Positions 28,770 through 46,556 of a DNA stretch of 64,000 bases are shown piece after piece. Where the stretch lies: the NCBI RefSeq assembly GCF_009914755.1, contig NC_060935.1. One strand, written 5' to 3'. Positions within the stretch are counted from its first letter, which is position 1. The number at the start of each line of letters is the position of its first letter. Made by a program: the position numbers and the translations under genes. Under the pieces are notes generated by a model. The model ran no database searches and was not told the origin of the DNA. It worked only from the letters and a program-made list of their open reading frames with translations. Source of the stretch: the human T2T-CHM13v2.0 reference genome, Homo sapiens.

Positions 28770-29175
28770 TACGGTGTGGCTCTGCGTCCCCACTCAAATC
28801 TCAATTCAAATTGTAACCCCCAGTGCTGGAGGTGGGGCCTGATGGGAGGTGATGGGTCATGGGGGCGGATTCTCAGGAATGGCTTAACACCACCCACTCA
28901 GTGCTGCTTTCGTGATAGTGAGTGAGTGCTCATGAGATCTACTGTTTAAAAGTGTGGCATCTCCTCCCTCTCTGTCTTCCTCCCACTCCGGTCACAGGAA
29001 CTGCCTGCTCCCGCTTCACCTTCCACCATGATTGGAAACTTCCTGAGGCCTCCCTGGAAGCAGAAACTGCTCTGCTTCCTGTACAGCCTGCAGAATCATG
29101 AGCCAATGAAACCTCTTCTTATAAATTACTCCGATCTCACATTTCTTTATTGCAACGCAGGAACAGACTCACACA
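28770..29175 (+). mobile_element. MST-type MaLR LTR
   Basis: CAAATCTCAATTCAAATTGTAACCCCCAG...GTACAGCCTGCAGAATCATGAGCCAAT. Confidence 0.85.
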
Positions 29176-29454
29176 CCAACAGAAGGGGTGCAGCTGAAAT
29201 GAAGTGAAAGTCCTGAGACTTTAGGGACAGCGAGGCCCCCGTCTTGGGGGTCAACCTGCAGCGGCACGTCCCATCCCTGCTGGTGTGGGCTCTGGTGGAG
29301 GATGCCTGGGCGTGCACCACCCTGTCCAGAGGCGCCGTGGCTGCAGTGTGAGGCAGGGGCACGGAGCAGTAAGACAGCAGCAGGGGAAGGTGAGGCGCGG
29401 AACCCACAACAGGGCAGGCTCCCACGGACCCGCCACAGGGTGCTGGGGGGATCT

Positions 29455-29612
29455 ACCATGTGGCTCTGTGTCCCCTCCCAAATCTCAATTCGAATTGTAA
29501 CCCCCAGTGCTGGGGGTGGGGCCTGGAGGGAGGTGATGGGTCATGGGGGCGGATTCTCAGGAATGGCTTAACACCACCCACTCAGCGCTGCTCTCATGAT
29601 CATGAGTGAGTC
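29455..29612 (+). mobile_element. Partial second copy of the 5' end of the same MST LTR
   Basis: Shares the sequence GGGGGCGGATTCTCAGGAATGGCTTAACACCACCCACTCAG with 28861-28900. Confidence 0.85.
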
Positions 29613-29927
29613 TTCCTGTGGATGGGGTTGGGGTTCACCACTGGCCTTACGGGTTGAAAAGACAAGTCCCTTGACTGAATAGAAGGTGAAAGATGACTTC
29701 TTGGGAACCATTAATTCTGAAAGCATCGACAACCAGGAGAGAGAACAGGAAAATCTGAAACCTGGCTTCACTTCCAAGCTCCAGCCGGAACACTGTGCAC
29801 GGACTCCTAGGGTGGGCCGGAACACTGTGCACGGACCCCCTAGGATGGGCACTGCGGGGATGGGATGGGGCAGCCGCACGGAATCAGAGCACGGGGTGGC
29901 ACCCAAGTAAGATGGGCCCGAGTTTAC

Positions 29928-30079
29928 CTTCAGGGCAACTTGGTTCCTCGCTCGGGCAGCTTTGTGTAGGGCGGTCATCCCATCTTTGGCACGGAAGTCC
30001 AGGTGAGCTCCACCATTTTTGAGAGCTTTGATGACCTCCACAGAGTCGTCCAGCTGAGCGGCTAAGGTCAGGGGGGTCT
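29928..30079 (-). CDS. SHANK2: SHANK2 coding exon (152 nt, phase 1-0), ankyrin repeats: (E)TPLTLAAQLDDSVEVIKALKNGGAHLDFRAKDGMTALHKAARARNQVALK
   Basis: Acceptor TTCCTCAG|AG, donor AAG|GTAAAC; ankyrin TPL/TALH motifs; phase matches the previous exon. Confidence 0.96.
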
Positions 30080-31232
30080 CTGAGGAACCCAAACACACAC
30101 ACTTTAGAACCAACATTTGTCACACTGCTCACAAAGCCATATTCAGATGCCCAAAACTAAGCTGAAAGAACTGACTCCCCTCCTCCACCTCCAGGGTGTT
30201 TACAGCTCCCACCACCTGGGAACCCCAAGAGTCCAGGCGGGCAGCGTGGCTCAGGCACCCCCGTGCGATGCAGTGACACGCAGGGCCACGCGTACAACAC
30301 AGCGGTGGCAGAGGCAGGGATTCAACAGGACTGCTGTGTGGGCCACAGTCCAAGAGGCTCCCTTGCTGCCCTTCCCTCTGAGTACACAGAATCCTGTGGT
30401 ACCATCTGGGTGCTTCCCGTACAGAAGGAGTGACGGACTAAAGCCCTCATTAGAGATGGGAAAGGCAGACACCCACCTTTCCTCATTCAATGTCACATTT
30501 ATGGGCATCTTGGGAGATGCCAGCCATGGGCTGCAGGGACACAAACACAAATGAGACATGAAGTCCGTGCCCCCTGGAGCTCCCAATCTGGGTAAGTGGA
30601 AACCTTCCTTCATTAACGCGGCGCAGGATGACCCAGGAGGCAGGGCAGAGGCCCAGCAGACAGAAGGATGCCGTCTGCCTTTGTAGGGACAAGGGTCCCG
30701 TGCAGATGACCCTGGACCAGTCTGCAGATGAGCGTGGCTAAGGACGTCAGTGTCTATTACAACAAATCTTTCCGTCCACTCTTCATCTTTCTAATATGCC
30801 CACCATGGCCACTGCTAAACAAGAGGAACTACTTTGAGGTCCTCTTTTGAGAGTTCCTCATTTGAGAGGCTCTTAACGTTCCAGAAAAGTGCACAGAGTA
30901 CCAGGACAACACACAAGTTCCCATGACCCAGAAACACCAACAATGAATATTCACTCGGTCTCGAAGCACATTCCAGTGAAAGAAAACTCGGATGCCTTTC
31001 ACAAGGCGTGTGTCTTGCTGACCCCTCACCCCATCCCATCCCCCTCCATCCCAGAAAGGGCACCTGCCTTGTGAGTGTGCACTGACTATTCCCATCTATT
31101 TTTAATTGTGATGTTTACTTATCCATACATGGGTACCCTCCTGAGGACTTTTAACATTCACCCTAGGAACCACTCTGCAGCTTGGCACTTCATGGTGATA
31201 TGCACATGCTTAACCCCTCCATGTCAGGAGTG

Positions 31233-31552
31233 TGCTGTGTGTAGACATGCCAGCATCTTCATTCATCCTGTCTCCATGTGAAAAGCAGGCTTCCTGTCTT
31301 CCCCAACTAGGATGCTGTGTGTAGACATGCCAACATCTTCATTCATCCTGTCTCCATGTGAAAAGCATGCTTCCTGTCTTCCCCAACTAGAATGCCGTGT
31401 GTAGACATGCCAGCATCTTCATTCATCCTGTCTCCATGTGAAAAGCAGGCTTCCTGTCTTCCCCAACTAGGATGCCGTGCGTAGACATGCCAGCATCTTC
31501 ATTCATCCTGTCTCCATGTGAAAAGCAGGCTTCCTGTCTTCCCCAACTAGGA
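31233..31552. repeat. 80-bp minisatellite, 4 copies
   Basis: GTAGACATGCC at 31241, 31321, 31401 and 31481. Confidence 0.96.
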
Positions 31553-33224
31553 ACGATGTTCTCATGAATGAATGCCATTGCACATGACTCTGTTGCATAC
31601 CCTCCTGATGCAGAAGTTTTAAAGAAAAATAGAAATTTTCTGGGACTAAGGGACTTCAGTGGCAGTGGGGGATGTTTCTTGCATAGAAAACAGCTACAAG
31701 GCAAGGAAGGCTCAGCAAGGGGTGTGGGGATTGAGACCAGTTGGAACATGGCCAGAGTTCCACATGTGCACAGAGAGGTGGAAATGGGGCAGACGCCAGA
31801 GAAAAACAAACTCAAGGGGTGACCCCTGCCTGCTAGAGAGAGGAACAGTCAGCCCCTCATTCTCTGTCTCTTCCCTGGTGGCATCCAGGCTGAAGCACGA
31901 GTGTCCGAGGGCATCTGGGGAGTTTATTCCTTGGAGCATAAAGGCCACCATGGGAGAGTGGACAGTCAGGGAAGTGACTGATCCTCGAAGGGCACGAAAA
32001 GACTGGGGCTGTCGGGAGCCACCAATATCGACGCTGAACATTCAAATCTTACAGCGACTTAATGAGCGTGTGACACTCGTTCGGGGCAAGGTTAGCCTTC
32101 AAAACAGTTAGGATTTTCTTTCCCATTTGACTGTTCCCTTTTGCCCAATGCAAAAAGGCAGTCCAAAGCAGATTTTTTAAAAGATATTTTAAATTAACAT
32201 ATAATTTTCATAGCTGACAACCTCAGCTGTTCCATTTTATAAATGAGAATGCTGTCTCAGAGAGAGCTGGTGGCAAGTGGTAAAATCAGATCAGAGGCTT
32301 GAATCCTGACTTTTGACTCAGAATTACAGATGCCTGCAGCCAAACCACATCCTGTTGGTCAGTGCCAGGCAGTTAAAGGTGGCTGCATAAACGCACCGGT
32401 GGAGAAAATGATCCCACTCTGTTCATGGCTGTGTCTCACGTGCAGGATGGGGAGCTATGTGTGGTCCTTGGGTGGCTTCCAGGGCCATCCAATGACAAGT
32501 GGCAGCCTTCTCAAGGGTTCCGGAATCCCTCCTCAAGTGATGTTCCAGACTTGCATGTTCACCTCTGGCCAGGACCCACCCTGGGGAGGTCAGGAGACCC
32601 CCTCTTCCCGCCCTGGCTTAGCCACCACATTTGCAAAGAGCACGTCCGCTGAGGTTCCACATTTGGGGCTGATGGAATCACCCCCGAGAAGATGCTGGTT
32701 GATGAGCTATAAACCGGTGACAGATATAACAGCACTGCCTGGGATGCACACCCAGTGACTGCACTATCACTCCCCTGATGAGCATGGGAACCACACAGTT
32801 ATCTGGCACCATGATTCTTAAGACTATTCCTCAGGTTTTGCATTTTGAAATTTCTTTAGTTTTAAAAATAGACTGGAACCTCAACAAGCATAACCTCAGA
32901 GTGGCCCCAGTCTCCCTCAACGTGAACAACGGGTGGGAGTAGAAACACCTGTAATATTTTGAGATAACCTCAGAGACACGCAGACCCTCCAACTAGAGGC
33001 TGCCCAGCAGACTGTTGGCTCCAGGGATAAGCAGGATGTGCTTCGAAAGGGTGAGAAGCGGGGGCTCCCGGAAGCGCAGCAGGAGGGCACTAGCCACGGC
33101 TGTTTGTCCTGACACTGGGAGGTGGCACAGCAATGGGGGGTGGGGTGGGGGCAGGAGGCAGGAGGAGTGTAAGTGTTTAAGACAGCTGCTGCTACCCAGC
33201 GGGCACAGGGCAGTGCAGGCTGGA

Positions 33225-33720
33225 GCATGTGTACGCCAGTGTATGTGTGCACACCTATGTGCATGCCTGTGTGCCTGTGTGTGCATGGCTGTGTGTATGC
33301 ACACCTATGTGTGCATGCCTGTTTGTGTGCACGCCTGTGTGTCTGTGCATGCCTGTGTGTGCATGTGCCTGTGTGTGCATGTGCATGCCTGTGTGTGCAT
33401 GTGTGCCTATGTGTGTGCATGCCTGTGTGTGCATGTGTGCATGCCTGTGTGTACATGCCTGTGTGTATGCATGCCTGTTGTGTATGCAGGCCTATGTGTA
33501 TGCATGCCTGTATGTATGTGTACATGCCTGTGTGCATGCATGCCTGTGTGCATGTGCATGCCTGTGTGCATGCCTGTGTGTATGTGTACATGCCTGTGCG
33601 TGTGCATGCCTGTGTGTCTACATGCCTGTGTGCATGTGCATGCCTGTGTGTGCACATGCTTGTGTGTGTGCATGCCTGTGTGCATGCCTCTGTGTGCATG
33701 TGTGCACACCCGTGTGTGTG
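33225..33720. repeat. Purine-pyrimidine (TG/CA) repeat built from GTGCATGCCTGT-like units
   Basis: Direct reading. Confidence 0.95.
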
Positions 33721-34389
33721 CTCCTAGGTGCATCCTAGTGTCCAAGATCAGTGGGCTGCAAAAATCAAACGACTGGGCAAGCGATTCTTCCTATGAGGGG
33801 AAGTGACTGGTGTCAACAAAACCCAGCTCTTTCCCTGAAGGGCTGGGTGGCCTCCAGCAGGTTTTTTAGAAGATGATAGTTCAGGAGGCTGGGGATGCTC
33901 AGAAGGAAACCATGATGTGAGAGAAGACCACAGAACATATCACAGGTGTAGGAATCAACCTCGCTGAAAGGGATGGGGAATGAACCGCTGACCTCAGTAG
34001 CTCCAGACATGAGTGGAGTCTGTAAGACTAAAGGCAAAAGGAACAGAATAAATAAAGCTGGGTTATAAGTCAACCAGAAAGTGAGTGCAACCACATTGAT
34101 AGAAATAAGCAAGGGATTCACAAGTGAACGGGAGGAAGGGGCCGATCTTGCAATGCAGACAAACTCCAAGCAATTCGCATCACTTCTCTGTCCTCAGGGG
34201 GTGATGCGTAGCCCGCACCACCCCCCACCCCGATCCCCTTATGTGTGGGCTGTGCACAGTGGCTTCCTTCTGAGAGCATAGTGTGGGAAACAGAAAAACG
34301 GGACCATCTCTCCGTGGGGAAACCTGATGGACACGAGCTCAGCCAGGAGATGGGGGGGCAGCATCGCCCAAGATGAGCCACACCAACAG

Positions 34390-36590
<2,201 letters not shown>

Positions 36591-38229
36591 CTGGGCTCTG
36601 TCCCCGACCCCAAGACAGGCTCCTGTGGACCCTGGCCCCTGCCTCCGTGTCACCCTTACCCTCGCCACTCCCTCTGCCGCATTTTCCTTACTGAAGGCAC
36701 GGCACCTCGCTCCATCTAAGAGTCACCTATATTCCCTTTCAGAACATGGCAGTGTGTACATAGAAAAACCCTGAAAGAATGAGACACTGTATTTGAAATA
36801 ATTGGACCCTTAAAAACAGGTCTCTTTTTATGAGAAACTGTACTGAACAAACCAAAGGCACTGGTAGCAAAGGGAGTTATTTACTCGAAGTCTTCCAGCT
36901 CCTTCATTGGCACTGGGTAATTTCTGCACCTCTCACCCTCTGCAGATGGAGGTTTACGAGGTTCCAGAACCATTATTCTCTTGAATTGCCTCACATTCCC
37001 GGGTGCCGTTAGTTCTGGGGAATCGCACTTGGCGATTCATTCAGGGGCCAACGTGAGACTGCGGAGCATGAACCGTCAGTCACTGCACACATCAAACAAG
37101 CCCCTTCTGCTCTTCAAGACGATGCTCTGAAGGTGCTCAGTGCACTGGGACCCAGAATGTCCTCGAGGCCTCCTAACTGAGCGGTGCGGGAGCTGGGAAG
37201 GGGCTCCCCGTGACACAGCTACAGCAGCAAGAAGGGGAAGCCGGAGTTGGGGGGCGGCCGAATGGGAGGAGCTCAGCCTGGTATGCAATGAGTACACCCC
37301 GACCCTGGAAACAGATTCAGTAACTGAATCTCATCAGTGAGGTCCAGACACATCACAGGTGCTCTGCAGAATCTGGATCCGTAAAGGAACCATCTCTTTT
37401 TGACCTCTCATTCAGATACTAAAAGAGTCGAAAGGCATTTCTAGCTTTATTAGCCAGATCTCTTTTGTGGTGCCTGAGGCTTCTCTCAAATTTGGAGACA
37501 ACAGTGCAAGATAAAAGGGCCAACCTAAATTTTGTTCAAGTTGCCAGGTTCGCTTCCTGTTTGGGGCTTGGAAACACAACTGGTCTCATCTCAGAGTTTC
37601 CAACCAAAGCAGGAGAAGAGGCCTGAGACTCTGCTGGAGGAAGTCTTTATTTTTTTTTTTTACACTACTTTTATCATTGTTACTTAATAAAATTTACATT
37701 TAGAACAGGTACCAGATGGTCGCCTGCAATCACACAGGCTGTTTTGTTTTCATTGACAGGTCGTTCCACTGGGATTTAATTATCTCAGGCTAGAGGGCTG
37801 CTTCCCTCCGCTCCGGCCCCATGTCCAGCCCCAAAACAGGGACGCGGGGCCCAGGTCTGCAGGGCCCGGGACTGAGCATGGCGGCATTTCCTGAGCTTAG
37901 CAAAAAGGCTGCTTTCAACTCTAAGCACAGACTCTGCTGTCCCCTGGGTGGCTTTGAGAAGTCACCAAACTCACTGTGGAGAGGCTAAAATATGGGATGG
38001 GAACATGCCCAGGCTGCTGCCGACAACCAGGTGGAAAGTGGGAATGTGAACAGCTTGTCCCCGACCTGGGCCTGCCTGGGTCATCCACGTCCAGCCAGGC
38101 CGGCTCATGCCAAGAGACCCCTGTTCGTCCCACTGCCTTTTCCCCCAGGAGTTGAGAGCAGGGACCCCCCAGGGCAAGTGGAGCCCAGGCCCTGCCTCTG
38201 CCCTCCCTGGTGACTCAGTGACTGGCCCA

Positions 38230-38565
38230 GACTGGGCTGTGGTAACAAGATCCCAGAGGCTAGGTGGCTTAAAAGTGACAGACATGCATTGCTCATGGTT
38301 TTGGAGGCCAGAAGTCCAAGATCAAGGTGCTGGCAGATTTGGCGTGTGTCTACCTGGTTCACATAGGGCACCTTCTTGCTGTGACCTCACCTCACAAAGT
38401 GGAAGGAGCGAGGGAGCTCTCTCTGCCTCTTTTGTAAGGGCACTAATCCCATTCACAAGGGCTCTGCCCCCAGGAGCCCATCACCTGCTGAAGGCCCCAT
38501 CCTCCTAATACCATCACCTAGGGGGTTAGGGTTCAACAGTATAGAGGATGCAGACATCAGCCCTA
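38230..38565 (-). mobile_element. MLT1 LTR
   Basis: TTTTGGAGGCCAGAAGTCCAAGATCAAGGTG...AGGGCACTAATCCCATTC. Confidence 0.8.
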
Positions 38566-39011
38566 GCGGCCACCCAGTTGGGCTCTCAGAGCTTCAGATT
38601 CCTCCCAGGACAGCGGTGCCTGCAGGGGACCCCCTTGATTACAGAGCTGAGGCCTGGCAAGGCCCTGTGTGCTGCTGGAGCACAGCAGGTCACCAATAGA
38701 CTGCAGCTATCACTCTTTAAGTGCCCTTGTTACTGGTAGGGTGGGTAACAGTGCCAGTCTCCCTGGGACCAACAGGCTTCCCAGGATATGAGGCATTCAG
38801 TGCTAAAACCAGGGCAGTCCCGGGAAAACCGGATACACTGGTCACCCTGCCTGTTTCCTGGAGGCAGCCCGCCAAAGCCAACTCTGTGTTTCTCCCTCTG
38901 CATCCAAAACCAGGAGAAAACAACATTGACTGAGCTGCCGTAGTTGATGCTGATGACAGGAACATTCTGGAACTCTATTAAAGGTGACGCATACCCCATA
39001 CGCTTAACCAC

Positions 39012-39530
39012 TGATATGGTTTGGATGGGTGTCCTGCCCAAATCTCACGTGGAGATGTAATCTCCGGGGTTGGAGGTGGGGCCTGGTGGGAGGTGACTGG
39101 ATCATGGGGGCAGATTTGTCATGAATGGTTTAGCACCATCCCCTTCCTTGGTGCTGTCCTGACAATTGTGAGTGAATTCTTGCAAGATCTGATTGTTTAA
39201 AGGTGTGTGGCACCTCTCTCTCTCTCCCTCCCTCCCTCCCCCCCTCCCCTTCTCCCTCTCCCCCCCTCTTTCTCTCTCTCTCTCCTGCTTTCACCACGGG
39301 ATGCACCTGCTCCTCTCTCTCTCTCTCTCTCCCTTGCTTTTGCCATGCAATGCACCTGCTCTCCCTTTGCCTTCCGCCATGCGTAAAAGCTCCCTGAGGC
39401 CTCCCCAGAAGCAGATGCCACCAGCTTCCTGTACAGCCTGCAGAACCTAGAGCCAATTAAACCTCTTTTCTTTATAAACTACCCAGCCTCAGGTATGTCT
39501 TTACAGCAATGTGAAAATGGCCTAATAGCA
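39012..39530 (+). mobile_element. MST-type LTR with an internal CT-rich expansion
   Basis: TGATATGGTTTGG...GAGCCAATTAAACCTCTTTTCTTTATAAACTACCCAGCCTCAGG. Confidence 0.88.
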
Positions 39531-40389
39531 CCACAACGCTCACCTAACGCTCACATTTTCCCGGCACCACCGTAGGTGTTATCATTCAATTTAGGAGACA
39601 AGAGGATGGAAGCTGAGAGAGGTTCATTAACCTGGTCTTCACACAGCCAGCTGCAGAGAAGTAGGGGTTAATGTCTCCTCTCTGGGGGCTCTCCATGGAC
39701 TGGCACTGAGCTGGGCATTGGAAGGGTCGCCTCTGCAGTCCCAACACAGGGCCCCCCCCATCCTGCATCTCTGAAGCCCAGTGTCTCCAACAGTGATGTC
39801 ATCCGTGTGGCCAGGTAGTGTCTGCATTTCAGTCAGGAGGATGCGTATCCGTCCCTTATGCTCTGCCTTGACAGAAGCAAAGTGAAGGTGGTGTCTTCCC
39901 TGGCAGCACTGGGCTCTGGCCTCTCGTTGGAACTTGCGTTTAGCTTGTCCCCACTGATACTTGCTCCATGTGTGCCTGAGGGTTGCTATAAGCCATTGTG
40001 CTGGAATTACCCGCAGCTTCCTTTGTTTCTGAGAGCACCCACCCTGGTTCACTTTTCTCTTTTCCCCCGTCACCCTGGGTCCTCACTTTTCTCTTTTCCC
40101 CCATCACCCTGGGTCCCCACTTCCCTGCCCCTCTAACAGCACTGCTGGTTTCTCTCCTGATTTGGAAAAAACAAATGAGAATTCTTGAGACACTGGTGGC
40201 AGGCGCAGAAGCTGGGAAGCAGGGTGGTGTGAGACCAGGGCCATCTGCGCTGTCTGCAGCCGACCTGTGGGTCTGCACTTGGCCTTCGGTTTCAGAACTT
40301 TCTGCCTTAGTTACCCCTTTTCCCTTTTTATTTGCCATAAGTAATGTTTTTGGCCTTACAAAAAAATGCCACTGTGTATGATCGCTGTT

Positions 40390-41535
<1,146 letters not shown>

Positions 41536-41709
41536 AAATCAGCTCTGCTCATTTCACAAAAGGGAGGCAGGGGAAGAGGAAGTTCTGCTTTATAGAGAAA
41601 TATCAGCTACTACAAGAAGCAAAGCTGGTTCATAAAATTGCCATTTGGCAACAACCAGGAGAGAACTGATTCCATAATTCTGCCTTAAATTTTAAAATTG
41701 AAAATAAGA

Positions 41710-42590
<881 letters not shown>

Positions 42591-44659
42591 TCACCATCTC
42601 CCTGGGTGACGCAGGGAAGTGTCCCGTAAGGAAGCACGCAGGCATTCTTCCCTGCACGCATTCTGTCCTTGAGCACCAAACCCACTGGGCCCTGTCCCAG
42701 ACCCTGGCCCCGTGGGTCTCTGCCTTTGCTGGAGACCCTAGAATGCCTGTCCTTAACTATGTGCTCTTTCCCAGGAGCCACTTATCGGGGACCTGATGAC
42801 ACCAGGGGTTCCTCTGTCTTCTCTGGGTTTGGTCTTTGTGATCAGTAAACCAGCCCAGAGGCTTGTCATCGTGGGAATATTTCAGAACGTTCGGAAGGTA
42901 ACTGCGTGGTACCATCTCCACAGATCAGGTTCCCGAGCCTTTTCTACTCAGTTCCGGGGAAAGTGGTCAGGTCTTTCTCCTTTAATTATGCTGCTCCACA
43001 ACGGCTCACAACAACTATGAACTTTTTGCTCTGGCACCAGCCTAATCCAGGATTTGAGTGGCAGCAGTTTTAACTCCAGGCAGGACCCAGAGAAATCGCT
43101 GCTTACCTGTTTCAGAGTCTGCACTGATGTGTTTTTAGCAGTGAATTGAGAGTCTATTCTGGAATAACAGTCATCTCAGAACCTTAAAGTCGAGACATTA
43201 ACAGTCTGGTGGAGGAAGCCAGGGGGAGGCTTGGCTCAGGACAGGGGCCAATTACAGGGGGCACATCAGGAAGAGAGGTGCAGAGCAGCTCAGAGGGGAC
43301 ATCCAGCCTCCTTCTACTGCTGGCCAGGCCAAGGCGAGACAGAGAGCCACGCTGCCCAGTCCCCCGCAGCAGCATCAGAAATAGCCCTCGACGAGGCCAA
43401 GATGAAGACATAAGTGGCTCTGCCAGGGTGGTGAGAGCCACGGCCAAAGGCTGCCTCCAGGGAGAATCCGGGTCAGCAGCTCAGAATGAAGGCTGCCCCT
43501 GGATGTGCCCCAAGGCTCAAGGTCATGCTCAGGAGCACCTGGGTCCATTTACCTTCACAGCCTCACATGGAAAGGGCTCATGCCCTCACAGAGCCAGGAG
43601 CTGGCACAGGGGCCATCACTGAAGAGAAGCTGCCACATCAGCGCAGCACGAGACGCATCCACGTCAGGGAAAGATGGTCGGCCAGGGCCCTCCCAAGCCT
43701 CCTACAGACGTACACGCCCTCCATCGCACCACCATGCCTGAGCTCAGGCCTCTCTGCTTCCCAGCTCAGCTCCTCTCCTCCTCCCACTGCCTGCCCCACA
43801 GCTGAGGGCCACTGCAGCTGCCCACCTGCCCTCCAGATGCCCTACTACCCACCCCTGCCCACCACATGCCCTTGTCCCAATCACTCCCTTTCCCCTCTCC
43901 CCTTCTCCAGATGTCCCTACCAACACAAGCCCAACCCAGCCTCCTGCTCCAGGCCACCGGCTGAGACTGCCCAGACCTCCAGCGGAAGCCCAGCCTTGTC
44001 CACGTCACTGCCCTGCAAGCAGACCCCCAGGCTTCCCTGCCTCATGGAGGATCGGCGCAGGGCCTGGGGCTGCTCAGCTGTAGCCAGGCACTCACCTTCC
44101 TTCTTTCCCCCTATCCCCGGGGGCACTCTGTCCCCTCTGAGCCTCGCTCATGCAGTCCTGCCTCCCAACGTCACAGGCATCAAAGCTACCAGCAGCCACA
44201 AGCCCGTGCCGGCTTCTCCTGCTGCTCACAGCGAAGCCTAAGGGACACAGACAATTGCAAAAAGGCAAGGACAGTCCCCCGGCAGTGCTCAGACAGAGCT
44301 GTGCAGGCTGAATCCACACCCAGCGGGCCCCCCCCCAGCGTTCAGAGGTCGAGGGGGCTCCCACAAATGATGAGAAAGTGGCATTCTTTGGTTGACAAAC
44401 ACATTTGTTGTGTATTTTATATTTTTGAGGTGTGACACCAGTATGTGATGATGGCACTATACCATGCAGGGGCCAGAAGCAGGGCTGGCACACTCAAGAC
44501 AAGAGGGGAGGGAGTCCAGGAGGAGTATTCCCAGCCCAGGACAGCCCACCTGAGGGGGCATACTCTGCTTTGCATGGAGACCCTCACCTCCACCCCTCTT
44601 GGTTCTCCAGTAGGACCTAACCTCTGCCTGCCAACTCCAGCTGGTGCCCTGCTGGCAAG

Positions 44660-44815
44660 AGACTGTCACCTGGGGTGACAGTGCCCACACCCAGGGACAG
44701 TGGGTGATGTCTGGAGACACTGTTGGTTGTCACAACTAGGGGTTGCTATTGATGCTGAGTGGAGGCGGGTACTGCCACTGAACCCTGTGATACATAGGAT
44801 GGCCGCGCTGCAAAG
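44660..44815. mobile_element. MER20-like DNA transposon
   Basis: CAGGGACA...ATGTCTGGAGACACTGTTGGTTGTCACAACTAGGGG. Confidence 0.7.
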
Positions 44816-45330
44816 ACTCACACACTCGTGGAACCACCAAGGGCCTGGGCCATCTTTCCCGACCGATGCCCAGAGGCCCGCACTCATGAGGAATGTGGTT
44901 TCCAGCAGGGGAATAAGATGCATGGGTGCAGATGCCCATCTGCTGGGCTGCCCGTGCCCAGCGGGAGGCAGAAACACACATCCTCCACCTTTACAAACAT
45001 ACGTGTCTGTAAAGATCTGTGTGCCCAAGGCTGGCACAACACATGCGTGTCATCTGCTCATTCATTCACTCATTCACCTCCTCAACAATTCTGCACTGAA
45101 CACCTGCCGTGCTCCAGGCCCCACGCAAGATGCTGGGGATGCCCCATGGACAAGGCGGGCTCGGCCCCTTCTGACTGAGAAGACAGAGGAGAGTGAGAAT
45201 GCACCTTTAAACACCAAACAAAACCAAGTAAAAGGTAACTGCAGCGTTATTCACAGGTAGCCTGAGCAGTGGGCTGGCCTTCTCTACGCTTCCGTAAAGC
45301 CTGGTAAGGTCCCCTCTAGCAAGTGCTCAC

Positions 45331-45439
45331 CTCCGGTCTCCGGGTCGTGGAAATTGGGATCCAGGCCTCGGTCCAGCATCTTGGTGATCTTCTCCACCAA
45401 GCGATGCTGAATGTGATCCATGCATTTCTTCAGATTGGT
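45331..45439 (-). CDS. SHANK2: SHANK2 coding exon (109 nt, phase 0-1): TNLKKCMDHIQHRLVEKITKMLDRGLDPNFHDPETG
   Basis: Acceptor TTCCTTCTAG|ACC, donor GAG|GTGAGC; not in the ORF track and read manually; joins the flanking exons in frame. Confidence 0.95.
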
Positions 45440-45485
45440 CTAGAAGGAAAAACAATACAATTGAAACATCTTTATAAGAAATGTC

Positions 45486-45998
<513 letters not shown>

Positions 45999-46197
45999 AA
46001 TGTCTTTCCAGGCTCTGGGAAAGTTCCTGACTGGTGCACTCGGGAGACCCACCCTCGCCAGGGTGCACCACAAGCCCTGAGGCTCCTGGAGCTGAGGCTT
46101 TTGGAACCACAGGGTGAGCACAGTGTCTGGCACGTGACAAGTACAATCGGCCTATCCTGGATGAATGTTTAAAATCCCCTCACCGTTCGCCATCCTA

Positions 46198-46556
46198 GTG
46201 CTACGGACTTAACGTGTGTGTCCCCGCAAAATTCATAGGTTGAATAATCTCCAATGTAATAGTATGGAGAGGTGAGGCCTTTGGGAGGTGACGAAGTCAG
46301 GAGGATGAAGCCCTCGTGAATGGGATTAGTGTCCCTGCAAAAGAGGTCCCAGAGAGCTCCCTCGCCCCTTCCTCCACGTGAAGACACAGCAAGACAATGG
46401 CCATCCAAACCAGGAACTGGGCCTTGGCCAGATGCTGAACCTGCCGATGCCACGATCTCAGACTTGCAGCCTCCAAAATGGTGAGAGTCACACTTTTGTT
46501 GTTTATAAGTTACCCAAGGTATTTTGTAAAAGCAGCGTAAATGGCCTCAGACACTT
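46198..46556 (+). mobile_element. MLT1 LTR
   Basis: TGCTACGGACTTAACGTGTGTGTCCCC...GAATGGGATTAGTGTCC...GCAGCCTCCAAAATGGTGAGA. Confidence 0.82.
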
